From contig JBODTK010000102.1 of assembly GCA_050613775.1 (NCBI GenBank), forward strand, positions 124,001-188,000: DNA of 64,000 bases, written 5' to 3'. The stretch comes from Neocallimastix sp. 'constans' (Eukaryota). The notes beneath the pieces were generated by a model. It was not told the DNA's origin and ran no database searches. It saw only the letters and a program-made list of their open reading frames with translations. Shown one piece after another: positions 37,898 through 51,000 of the stretch. The translations under genes and the position numbers were made by a program. Within the stretch, counting starts at the first letter, position 1. Every line of letters begins with the position of its first letter.

Positions 37898-38370
37898 AAA
37901 TTCTTCACATTTTTAATTTAAAATCATCATAACAAAATTCAGTACAATTTTTTATATTAATATTTTTTTTTTATTAACAATTAAACCATTAACTGATTTT
38001 CTATTCTAAAATAATTAATTGTTTATTTTTGATCACTAATAGAACTTCATTAATAAAAATTATCATATTTTTATAGTTATAAAATATAATAAAATAAACA
38101 TTAAATTCTTAAATAATTCATATTAACTTATATTTAAATAATAATTATTAATCATAATTAGAGTAAAATTGTATTATACTTATTTTAAAATTGAAAAGCA
38201 TTTTATTAAGCCATAAGTTATAATTATAGACTAAGCATATTTATTAATTGTAAATCTCAATATATTTTTTACATTTGTTAAATTTTATATTTTCAAAATT
38301 TAATTCATTTTTTATTTTAAAGTTTTTAAAAATTAAATGTTAATTTTTGTAAGAACATCAATATTACTAC

Positions 38371-38509
38371 AATAATATAATAATTTTAAAATTACTAATT
38401 TTTATTTATATTAATTTTTAAATATTTTAATAAAATTAATAATAATATAATAATTTTAAAATTACTAATTTTTATTTATATTAATTTTTAAATATTTTAA
38501 TAAAATTAA
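38371..38509 (+). repeat. Perfect tandem duplication, 70-bp period
   Basis: 38371-38439 is repeated at 38441-38509. Confidence 0.9.
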
Positions 38510-40559
38510 ATTTAAAAATTTGTTCTCTTTAAATAAATTAAAAATTAATTCTAATATTTTTTTTAAGAAAAGTTATTTATTATTTTTAGAAATAAGAATC
38601 TCTTTATTTTATGAAAATATTAGATTTATGTTTTTTTAAAATAATAGTGTACATTTTTATGTTATTTATAGTTAACATAATATGTGACTTATTATTATTT
38701 GTCACATATTTTACATGAAAATATTAAAATATATATTATTTCTCCTTAAATTAATATAATTATAAAATTTATATTTATATTTTTAACATTCCTCCTCTGT
38801 TAAAATATAAATATTGAAGTTTTGTATATATATAATATTAAGGAGTTTTGTGTTATATTTTAATATATATATTTTCAAGTATAAGACCAATAATATATTT
38901 GTGTAACCTAAATAAAATAACTATAAATATTTTATAATATAAAATTCTTCAATAACGATGCCTTTTAATAAAATAGAGGAAATTAGATTTTCATTTTCTA
39001 TAAACATAAATAAATGAACTTTTTACTTTTAACAGATTAAGAGTCTCAATCTCACCAGATTGAGTGAGCATTAAGTTAAGTATTAGAAAATTATATAAAT
39101 AAATTTAACAATTATTTTGAATTAAAGTTATTAATAATATTTTAAATTCTTATTGTAAAACAAATCAATTACAATAATAATTAAAAATATATAAAACTTA
39201 ACATGCACAAATCAACAATTTTGTAATATAAATTTAAAATATTTATAAAACATAAATTTAAAATATTTATGATATATACAAATTTTAATTATTTTTGAAA
39301 ATAAGTATCAATTATTATATATTATTTAATGAATTCATTAAATATTAGGAATAAAAGTAATAAAAAATAAAAATATAAGAATAAGAATAAATATCATTAT
39401 TATCTATACATATTTATATTTATATTACGATAACTAAAAAATAAAAAAAACAGATAAAATATTATAAAAAGAAAATATTTAAAATATATATAGAATAAGA
39501 ATCGGTTTTCATAAAAATAATAATTATAAGATAATTTATAAAAAAAAATAATAAAATACCAAGCTGAATATTGTCAGCGTTATAATAAAGAGCTGAAAAG
39601 TCAGCGCTATTTTAAAAATAGCTAAATATTAACATTATTAATAAAAAAAAAAATATATTATAATTGGATTTTATATTTGAATAATTTGAATAATTAAAAA
39701 TAAAAAACATATTCATAATTATTATATATATATGAAAAAGATTTCATAATTTGTAAGTATGACATTATCACAATGTAATCTTTTAATTGTATTATTAATA
39801 TATTTATTTTAAAAAATTTCAGTTTCTACAATAAAGTTATATATTTTTATAAGAATATAGGCTGTATATTTTTTTAAAAATGTAATTTATATTAATATCG
39901 AACCTAAAATAAAAACTTATAAAAATTAATAAATACAAAAGAATGTTTATAAATAATAAAAATTAATTTGAAAGATTTATACATATCTACATAGAATACA
40001 TATAATAAAAAAAAATATCATTAAATAAAAATAAATTTCTTAAATTTAAAATAAAGAAATAAAAATAAAATATAAACTTATTTTAAAATTTATATTCAAA
40101 GTAATAAAAATTATAATAATAATAATAATAACAATAAATATAAAAAAATATATATTTATAAATAATAAAAAAAAAAAAGCGAAAAGAGAAATATAAATTA
40201 AAAGTGGAAAAATAGTTCAAAATAAATAAATTTATAAAGAATATATATAAAAAGCAATTAATATTAAAAGAAGTATTTATACAAAGCAATAAAAAATTGT
40301 TTATTTATTTTAATTCAAAAAAAAAAAAAAGGTTTTTATATATATATATATTTTTTTTAAATTTTTAATTTAGAGTTTAAAAATCAGTACTTAATAGTTA
40401 ATTAATTAAAAGTCTAATTTTTAAACTATTTTTTTTAGTTAATAATTATTTTATGTTATTTAGTTCTGAAAATAATTGTAATAATAGTAATATTGAAACA
40501 ATTACAAAGGATAAAATAACATAAATTAAATAAGTACTAATTTAAATAATAATTATAAT

Positions 40560-42760
40560 TTAAATCAAAGTTTAACTTCAAAATTAGACAAACAAAACAA
40601 CTTTAAATTTAATCAAAATGCATACCACTTACAGAATCAATTATGGCTTCGTTCTCATTGTAGGACAGATCTAAATAACGTCGATCATGTACAATTTCCA
40701 TTTGAAACTGAAAATGCAAAAAAATTAATACAACAAAAGATCTTAGATAATGTGATCATCGCTCAAAAGATCAAAGAACAAAATCAAGAATTAGCTCATT
40801 TTTTTAGCAAATATTGATGAAAAAGGAAAAATAAATGAAGAAATAGAAAATAAGAACAATGTTTTGCTTTCTCCAATTGATTTAGATTTAATATCCAATA
40901 ATTCAAGTAATTTATTATTAAAAAATAGTGTAAATGTAAACAATAATTTATATATTAATCCAAATGTAAACATTAACAATATCATAAGTATTCCAATTAA
41001 TCCAAAAGTGACCAGTAAAGAAAGCTACAGCACTATCAACAAATGAGCTTTAGAATCAGAAAATACTAAGTTCATAATGACTAATTGGAGTAAGAATATC
41101 TTTATAATCAGTTGAGGAATTTGGAACATCAAAGACTATATCTTTACACTTCATTTGAATTTATTCTGCTAATTATTACCTTCAGAATTTAATTGAGAAC
41201 ATACAGTAGCTTTAACTTGAGTAATATCAGCAAAATCTTTGAAGTATCTGGTTCTGAATTTAAATATGCTACTCTGAAATTTTTTTTTTTTGATAATTTT
41301 CAATTTGTATTTTAAGTTCAGCAAGAAAAATTTGACGAATAATAGAATTAAATAGAGTATCATTTTCATTTTTTAAATAAACTGAATTAATAGGTAATGT
41401 AACGGAATAAAAGAGAATACTATAACTATCTAAATAGTTTGAGTAATAGAATTTTTTGTTCCATCAGTAATATATAATGTTTTCGTTTTAATTGAAATGC
41501 TAGAATATTTGTTATAAATATTCTTAAAGATAAAAACAAATAATCTTTAATATATCTGTAATAATATTATGAAATAAAAGAAAAAAACTAATGGAGATAA
41601 TATTGTCAACAATAATGATAATGACAATAATAATGGCAATATTAATGGTGAAATCGATAATAATAAATCAAAAATTTTAGCAAATGAAAGTACAGCCGAT
41701 ATTACAACTGAAGAAACAAATAATGCTGTTATTATCTCTGTGTATGGTACAAGTGTACTTGACTTAGTTACTATTATTGGATTTATCCTATTAAAAAATC
41801 ATTTATGTAAAACGGTAACATCGATATTTCATACAGTTCATTAAATTATGTTAGTCCAAAACCAAACTATCCAGTAGGTGGATTGCATGATAATTTGACT
41901 AATTCAAATAATGACTTTAAACCTAATTATCAGTTAAGATTTTACAAAATAATTATCAATCTCAAGTTAGTTATTCAATTTCCTTAAGTGATTGTTCATG
42001 TGTCAACATGGAATAAAATTCTGATGTTTTCTAAACCACTGAAAATACTCCAGTTCCATGTTTACCAAGAGATCTACATAGAGATTTACAAAGAGATTCA
42101 CCAAAGGAATCACCACCATATAATAATCAAGAAGATTTACTAATCATTAAACATGTTGTTTAAGAAATTGTTATTAACTCAGAAATGTTTTTAAGTGAAA
42201 CCATAAACTCTAACGCAGTTTCTATTTTTGCTACAACTACTACATTTATTTTAGCTATTAATAAATTTGGTGATCTTACCATCGACAACTCTAATATTAT
42301 TGTAAAAAAGCCAAATACTAATAATGTAAAAATCCAACACCACATCAAGTACTTGAACTTCATGCACATCTTCATGTTCTTCTTGTAATAATTGATCATG
42401 TTCACACAACGGTTCATGAACTTGTTGTTGTATTGCAGGGAATCATCAAGATAGACTACAATATCTACCGATGAATCATCCTTATATTTACTTTCATATG
42501 ATTTAAATAACTTCAAGCCATACTATTCGTTCAATTTTGCAAATAACTCAAATATGGGAGATACCACTCATTGATACTCTGTCATTATTGACAATAACAG
42601 TAATAAAGATTCTGTTGATTACACCGAAACTAATTATGACGATAGTCGTGGAACGACAAATTACTCTGAAACTAATTATAATAGTTGTAGAACAACAGAC
42701 TATAAGGAAACAAAAGTTTAATTGAATTCTTGGTAGACAATGGTGTAGATATTAATAATG
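40560..42760 (+). pseudogene. Decayed coding-like cargo (Asn-rich, one TM-like stretch, Cys-rich stretch); identity unknown
   Basis: Higher GC and broken frames, e.g. QNQLWLRSHCRTDLNNVDHVQFPFETENAKK (about 40630-40720) and AVIISVYGTSVLDLVTIIGFIL (about 41725-41790). Confidence 0.45.
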
Positions 42761-43494
42761 AAAATTAATTTAGGGAAACACAATTATTTTATGCATGTAA
42801 AAGTTGAAATAAAAATTTTGTAGAAATAAAGATTTATTAGAATATCTAGTAATACTTGTAATAGATATAAATAAATAATAATCATAAAAACAAAAAAAAA
42901 ACAAAAAAAAAAAACAAAAAAAAACAAAAACAAAAACAAAAAAAAAAGTTGATTAAAGATATTAATTAAATTTTAAAATTTTTGGTTTTGACTTAGATAT
43001 CAAATTAATTTAGTAAATTTGTATATGATGGGGAAGATTTTCTATCCATTTGGTATCTTTATCATCCTTTACGATTGTACAACAACCATATTCAGTCAAG
43101 GCTATTTCAACATTAGTCTTGTTATTAGGATCTTGATAAACAACTTAATCATAATAACGAATTTGGTTAAACTCAATCGGTTGATTGTAAGATGCAATCA
43201 CCACTTCTGTTGCTTGTAAAATAACATTTATTACTTTTAATATAAACATAACCTTTAATGTCACAGTCATCAGGGTTATCTCTATTGTTTGGAACAAATC
43301 TCATACTAGTATGCTCATTTCTATTATAGTAATCTGAAAAAATACCATTTTAAGTATCTATATCTATGATTCACAATTTATAAACAATCCTTGTAGTTAT
43401 CTTAAATAACTATTTTTTTTTGTTGTAAATCAGCCAAATCATTTTATTCGATATATATTATATAGTATTATACTAAAATTATAATATATTAATA

Positions 43495-43850
43495 TTAAAC
43501 ACCGAATATAATTAAATTGCTTATAATATTTAGTATCACTAGCTTTATTATTGGAGTTATAACGAACATACAAAATACAATGAACACAATTATAATCAAA
43601 AATCCTAGAATACCAAAAAAATTCAAGATTATGTTCAGTGTCAGTTTCCCATTCTGGTTGTTTAGGTAAGATGCATTCTTCATCACAATATCCTTTGCAT
43701 ATTCATCTTCAGTGGTTCAAGGATCTCCTACAAATCTACCACAATGTCCTTCTATATAAAGTTTGATATCTCCGTTTTCATTAAATACACATCTAGTATC
43801 CACACATTTATTTGTAAAGCATTAAATGAGGAATAATTATTTCCGCTGCA
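43495..43850 (-). pseudogene. Cys-rich, C-terminally membrane-anchored protein fragment (cargo, antisense)
   Basis: CFTNKCVDTRCVFNENG..HCGRFVGDP*TTEDE..YCDEEC followed by hydrophobic FGILGFLIIIVFIVFCMFVI. Confidence 0.55.
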
Positions 43851-44789
43851 ACTCTTAATTCAAGTCTAACTTCATAAAAAGCTAGACTTGAAGGGGAGTG
43901 TTAAAATATAAATATTGAAGTTTTGTATATATATAATATTAAGGAGTTTTGTGATATATTTTAATATATATATTTTCAAGTATAAGACCAATAATATATT
44001 TGTGTAACCTAAATAAAATAACTATAAATATTTTATAATATAAAATTCTTCAATAATGATGCCTTTTAATAAAATAGACGAAATTAAATTTTCATTTTCT
44101 ATAAACATAAATAAACGAACTTTTTACTTTTAACATCCTCAAATCTAATTTTGGATAAAAGTTTGACTTGAATAGAAATATAGTGTTTGTATTACAATAC
44201 AAGATAATTGTTTTATTTTAATATGATTATAAAAAAAAATATAAATTTATAATATTTTAAAAGAGTATGAATGACATTACATTATATTTATATTTTTTCA
44301 TTTTTATATTAATATCATATTTTAATAATTCCATTATTTTATTATTTACAATATAATCTATTTTTTCTCTTCTTCTTAGTATGTTTCATTATCACTATTA
44401 ATTTCATCATCATTTTCATCATCTAATTTTAATTTATTGTTATTACTTTCATTATTATATTATTCATATTTTTGTTTCTATACAATCAGTATTTATTGAA
44501 TAATAATCGTGACAATCTCTTAAATCTAATTCATTAAGGAGTGGAATTGGTTTGATATCTAAGTCAACATCAGAAGATTTTAATATTTCATTAATAATAG
44601 TTTAATTTAATACTACTTCAATATCATCATATTTTTATTTTATATTTTCTGCATATCTAATTTCCGTTGAAAGGAAATGTTTTTAAATTTTTACTTTTTT
44701 TTTTATTTATTTATTTTTTTTTTTTTAAAAAAAAATTTTATTAATATATTTTTTATACTTTTTCTCTTTTATTAATTTTATTGTTCATT

Positions 44790-45400
44790 TATTTTTGTTG
44801 TTCCATTAATGGAGTAACAAACCAACAACCTAAACCATTTTTAGAAGCAAAACCATGAACACCAAGCTTTAATGCATCAATTGTCCAATCATCTTTATGA
44901 ATATCTTCACCTATTTTTATTATACAAGTTTCTTTTAGACCTATAACATGACAATTCTTTGTTGTTTAGTGGTTGGTAAATAACGACCAGCATCATCATT
45001 AACTTGTAACCAACTAAATGTATTACTTTTTATTTTTAAAATTAAATAAATTTCACTAAATTGAGTATTGGAATAATTAATTTTATGATCAAGTTTTAAA
45101 GAAAAATGCACATCTTTAGAATCATTAAGAATAGTATATCTAACTTCCATTTCGTATTTAATACATTATCAGTGAAAGAAATTTCAACATTATCATTTTT
45201 TTCTTTGTTATAGAACTTCTTTTGCATGAAAGCCAACTTTTGAACTATTAGTATCAATATACGATCTATTTAAAAATTCTTGATCGTCACTAGTAATCTT
45301 TAATAAAGTAATATTACTATATTAGAAATAAAAACATTAGCGTAGTCATTCTTTAAAATGTTTGAATTATTGTTTTGTATCGAACTGAGAGAAGAAACGA
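44790..45400 (-). pseudogene. Unidentified host-gene fragment inside the outer LTR element
   Basis: ORF 44941-45150 continues past stops into KDDWTIDALKLGVHGFASKNGLGCWFVTP; no TE motifs recognised. Confidence 0.45.
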
Positions 45401-48056
45401 TATAAGTCAAGAAGGTTTCTTATAAATTAATAAATAAAATTTTCATTTTTATTAATGAGTTATGTCGTTCAACGATTGAGTTATATTTTTAACTAATCAT
45501 TTGAAAAAGAATAAGAGTGAACCGTTCAAATCTTTCTTAGAGTTCATTCGTTCCATCTTTTTTAAAAAGGAATTTGCAAAAAGTTTTATGTTAAATAAAT
45601 ATGGAGGATTCTTTCTATTTTCTCATTTATTTTTTTTTCATTGATTGATTTTTAAGTATTTTTCATTTGGTGATTACTAAAAAAAAAATACGGTTCTTCT
45701 AATTATACTTTATATTCTACAATACAACAGATATATCATTTTTTAAAATTTAAATTTATCTATCAGTGGAATACTTATTTTGCTTTATAGTTCTTTTTAA
45801 AGTTTAAATTTACTTTAAGATGACAAGACCACATATTTCTAACTAGAACTACAAAAAAATATATTTGCTAATTCTTAAAACCCTTCAGTAGATGTATTGA
45901 TTTCTTTTGTCATAAACTTAAACTAAGTATATAAAACTATTTTTAAATATTTTAAGATGTTTAATTTAACATAAAATTACAAATTATATAATGAATTTAT
46001 TCCTGTTGTAATTAATTCAAATTTTCGTTTTTAAAAGATAATTCCTTAATATTGACCATCTCAATTGCAATAACAACTTCAATGTAAAACTTCATTTTTA
46101 AATAAGCACTTAATATTGGCAACTTTAATTTCATTTTCAATAACAGATGTCGAGGATTGTGATATTCAAAAAGTTACTTATCTATTAATAATGGATATTG
46201 AGTAAATAAATATTTATTATTTATAAATCATTTTGTGGCTGCATTATAATTAAAAATATTATTAATAAAATAAATATTTTTGTTGTAGATTGAGTAATCC
46301 AAATTTTTGCTTCCAAAAAGTGACAATTCTTATCGGTATCCATATAGATCATCTTTGTTTTCAAAAGAGAGATTCTTAACATCGACAATTTCAATATTTT
46401 TTTGCTAAAACCATCTTCCCCTGATCATGTTATTTCAAACTTTTATTTTTATTATTTAAAATCTTCTAGGAATTTATGCATTTACATGTTTCTATTTTAT
46501 TTACAATTTCTTAATTCTTTTCAATATTTTTAATGTGTTTTACATTTATTCTATAATAATTCTTTTTAATTTTATTATTTTTCAAATAATTAAAAAACAA
46601 ATAATGGTTTATTTTAAAAAAATCATATTTAACACAATCAATTTATCAAATAAAATTTATTTTGAATATGGAAATTGCATCACGTTGAAAATATAAACAT
46701 CATTGAATTCATAATTATAAATAATTTCTTATAGATTTTAAGATAAATTAAAAAAACTTAAAAATATAATTAATCCTATAAATTTTTATAATGATATTTT
46801 CAAAGAATATTGTAAATTCTAAATATCAATTATCAACAAGTAAATCTTTCATTAAAGTTCATTTTTAAAAATGTTTTTTCAAAATTTTAAGAAATAATTT
46901 TAGTTAATTTTTTTTTTTTGAATCATTAACATTCATTTGATACATTTGATTTGCTTTGTTAAAAAATTTAAATAGATATTATTTATTAAAATTTAGTATT
47001 ATAATTAATTATATAATTAATAGATCAAGTTTAATTTGTTTTATTTTAATTATGAAACTTTAATTAATATTTCATATTGATAAATTGATTTAAAAAAAAA
47101 TTGCATTTTAAATTTTAATTGGTAAGACAAATATTATATATTAAAGTTTGATAATGTTTAATTCTGTTGGCTCTTGATTTATCAATAAATATAACTTATT
47201 AAATTTAAAATTCTCATTTGAATTTTTATTTATATTTGACTTTAAAAAATTGTAATTTTTATTACATTATGTGTTATAATACGAAACTTTATTAAATAAA
47301 GTATTGAAAATATTTAATTTATTAATAATTTTGAATTAATAAAATTCTAATTATTACTTTTCTTCAATTTATTAATTTTTACTTATTGATTTGTTCCATA
47401 ATTTCTTTTTAATGTATTTAATAAAATATGTATAACATTATTTATTTATAATTTTATTTTATAAAGAAAAAACTAGTTATTAATTTTTTATTATTATTTT
47501 AATTAAATTTTACTTTTATATTAATATTATTTATAATTTCAAATTTACTTTAATATATCATCAGTTGACTATTAATTTTTCATCTTGATGATATTAATTT
47601 TATTTTATTTTTAATTATTTTTATTTTTTATTTTTTTTTATAATATCGGCTGACTATAATATCTTTTCAGCTCAATATGTATATTATTTTTTAAATTCAT
47701 ATATCATTTTTCATATCGGTTGACTAATGTTTTTAGCTCGATATATATATATTATTAATAAATAGATCTATAATATAAATTATACTTATCTTTTCAAGCC
47801 TTTCATGTCTTTGTTCAATCTGGTAAGACTGAGACTCTTAATTTATTAGAAATAAGAATCTCTTTATTTTATGAAAATATTAGAATCATTCTTTTTTAAA
47901 ATAATAATTTACATTTTTATATTATATATAGTTAACATAATATATGACTTATTATTACTATTGGTTACATATTTTACATGAATATATAAAAATATATATT
48001 ATTTCTCCTTAAATTAATATAATTATAAAATTTTATATTTATATTTTTAACAATTA

Positions 48057-51000
48057 TGTGAAAAGTATAAATCTCTTTTCTTATTATATAAGAATAAAGA
48101 ATAGTATGTGTACATAATTTTATACTTTTTTATGGTATTTATAGTAAACATAATATGTGGCTTTTTGTTACTATTGGTCACATATCTTATACTACTATAT
48201 TGATTTATATAACATTACTCCTTTAATTAATATAACTATAAATCTTTATATTTTTGTTTCTAACATTCCCCCTCAAATCTGACTTTGGGTGAAAGTTAGA
48301 GTTGAAGAGAAATATTGCAAATGTATTACTATATAAAATAATATTTTATTTTTAATAATAATAATACAAATAACATATTATAAAGTACATGAAAAAGATT
48401 TATTTTATTTTTATTTGTAAACTAAAGAAATTATTTTTATATATTTTAGATTCTAATGTTTCCCCTTACTTTCAAATTGAATTGGAGTTATTTTTTTATT
48501 ATTATTATTATTTATTAATCTTTCTTTACTTATATTATTATTATGCTTTTTATTTTATTTTATTATTATTATTAATTTTTATTTATATGAATTACTTTCT
48601 GGGAAATATTTTATTGTTTGATGAAAGAAAATATTCATAGAATCATACATAGATTGAAGGTAATTTGGTATATCAGCGTTATCCTTAGCTTCTAATAATT
48701 CAATATTTTTAATAACTTTTTCATATAATGATTCATATTTATTCTTCTTTATTTTATAAGATTGTTCATATTCCCTTAATAATGAGGTAGCATGTCTACA
48801 TTCTTGAATGCCATTAATTTCAGTGCTTTATCTTTATTTTGTTTGAGCAATCATTTGAATAGTAATATCCATTTCAGTACGAACATTATTATAATTGTAA
48901 ATAGAATCTTCGGCATCACGAATAGCTTTATCTAAGAAAGTTTTTAGCCATTCATGGAAATTTTCCATAGCTGGTCAGTATAAATAATCAATATCTTCAG
49001 AACTTGAACTTAAAGAATAACTAACAAGATTTAACCTTTTTTTTTTTTTTTTATAAAATAACTTCATCTCCTTTTAATTTTGCATCTTTAGATACAAAGT
49101 AAAATTGCTTTTGTTCGTTCATAGTAGTTTTTATACAATTAATCATCTTTTTAATATTGTCTTTGGTTGTTTGATATATTTCTTCAATCTATTAAGTATA
49201 TCAATAATTGTATCAACCTTTGGATCAACAGTTTTAACTGGTTAGAAAAAGCCAAACTGAGCATTAACTTGTTCTTTAAAAGTTTGATTAAAGCAAGCTG
49301 AAAATAAATAAAAAAATTTACAAAACTATAACAATATATAATTTATAATATTGGTTTATTGTTGATTATAACATTTATACTAATATAATTTTTTTTTTTT
49401 TTTTACTAATTATATATAATAAAATTTAATTCATTTGATAAAATGCTGTATTTGTCATCATGTATTACTAGAATATCTCTATTAAATTAATTATTATTTA
49501 TATGAAATAAATATAACATTGTTTCAAAATCTACAACGCATTTGTCATTTATTTGTTAATTTAAAGTAATATCTTTTAAATAATAATAAATTGTGAAGGA
49601 TAAACGTAACTTTTTATTTTCTATAATATTAAAATACCATTGTGAAGATTCATCGGATGAATGAGTTAATTTCATAATATATCTTTCTCAAAAAATCTTT
49701 TATTGGTAAATGTATTTATTGGTTATAAAATACCTTCAAATTTAATCATAGGTTTTCTGGTGTTAACGATCTTATTTTTAATAGCATTTAAATCTCCTAC
49801 TTTTTTTTATATATAAATATATATATAATTCCCATTTATATTTAGATGTTAATCATTGATTTGAAGCACCAAAAAATTATATTATCAGTAATTTTTGTGT
49901 TTTTCTAAAAATATTTTTATTCTTCATTGTTTTCATATGATGCGGTAATCACAAATCAATATTGGATTATTAGAATATTTTTTATAAGGTTAGTATCATC
50001 TTTTAAAGATTACATATATTTCTTTCATGCCATAAGATTTCTATCATATTTGGATATTTATTTATAATTTACATACTTAATTTTTATATATTAATTATTT
50101 AAATTTTCTCCTTTAGTATTTAATAAAAAGATTCTTTTAGTGCTTCTTTATTATTTAATTGTTTTAATTTATGAAAGTTTTTATTTGATTCACAAATAAC
50201 AAATTATTCTTTTATTTTTAAGATGTTTAGAATGAATTTTATTTACAGTAATACATTTTTCAATATTTTTACTCTTTTTTTTTTTTTAACGAATGATTTA
50301 CGAATATTTGGAGAATAATAAATAATTCAAATAATATATTTTAAATTATTTTATATAGATTATCTAAATGTAAACTTCCCTATTATTGTTATTGATATAT
50401 ATAAATGGGTTTTATTTGAATAAATAAGTCATTAAAAAAATATATTACAGGTTTCGAGATTTAACAAAAATTAGATTAATAAATCAATAAATGGTAAATT
50501 AGATTTTTATAAATATATATATATTATAAATAATATAATTTTTTTGAAAAAATTTTAAATTTTTATTAAAATTGATGAATTGGATTAAATATTATTAATT
50601 AAAGTTTAGCAAAAATAATTATATTTATATTATTGATTGAATTTAATTTAATTTTAATTTAATAAATCATTAATATTATTTTTAATAATGATATAATTGG
50701 ATAAACAGATTATTTGTAATTGATAATTCTTAGTCTTAATAACTTAAAATGACTATTATTTTAAATTTACTTATTTAAAACTTCACTAGTTAGACTATTA
50801 TTTTTATTTTTATTTTCCATTATTTTAAATTTAGCTAATCTAGTTGACAATCATTTTATAGTTAATTATTGTCAAAAATATTATGTTAAGAAACACTCAA
50901 ATAAGTTATAATAAACACAATAATAAATATATATGGATTAGTAGTTTTTAGAAAAATATTTTTTTATAACAGTATAAATTATTTTTATTCTCTTTTTGTA

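Larger units (their letters stand above)
38798..44135 (+). mobile_element. Non-autonomous LTR element (inner, young) carrying host-gene fragments
   Basis: 237-bp TG..CA LTRs at 38798-39034 and 43899-44135 (5 mismatches). TCCTC TSD. PBS at 39035-39048, PPT GAAGGGGAG at 43890-43898. No gag/pol motifs seen. Confidence 0.95.
38584..48052 (-). mobile_element. Non-autonomous LTR element (outer, older) interrupted by 38798-44135
   Basis: LTRs at 38584-38788 and 47844-48052 (roughly 90% identical by eye). ATTAT flanks at 38579-38583 and 48053-48057. PBS at 47830-47843. PPT split by the nested element. No gag/pol motifs seen. Confidence 0.85.

Noticed and set aside
40083..40289. Hydrophobic small ORFs in AT-rich DNA (also 48389-48640, 52991-53191, 62949-63191)
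   Set aside because: They are compositional artefacts with no recognisable domains.
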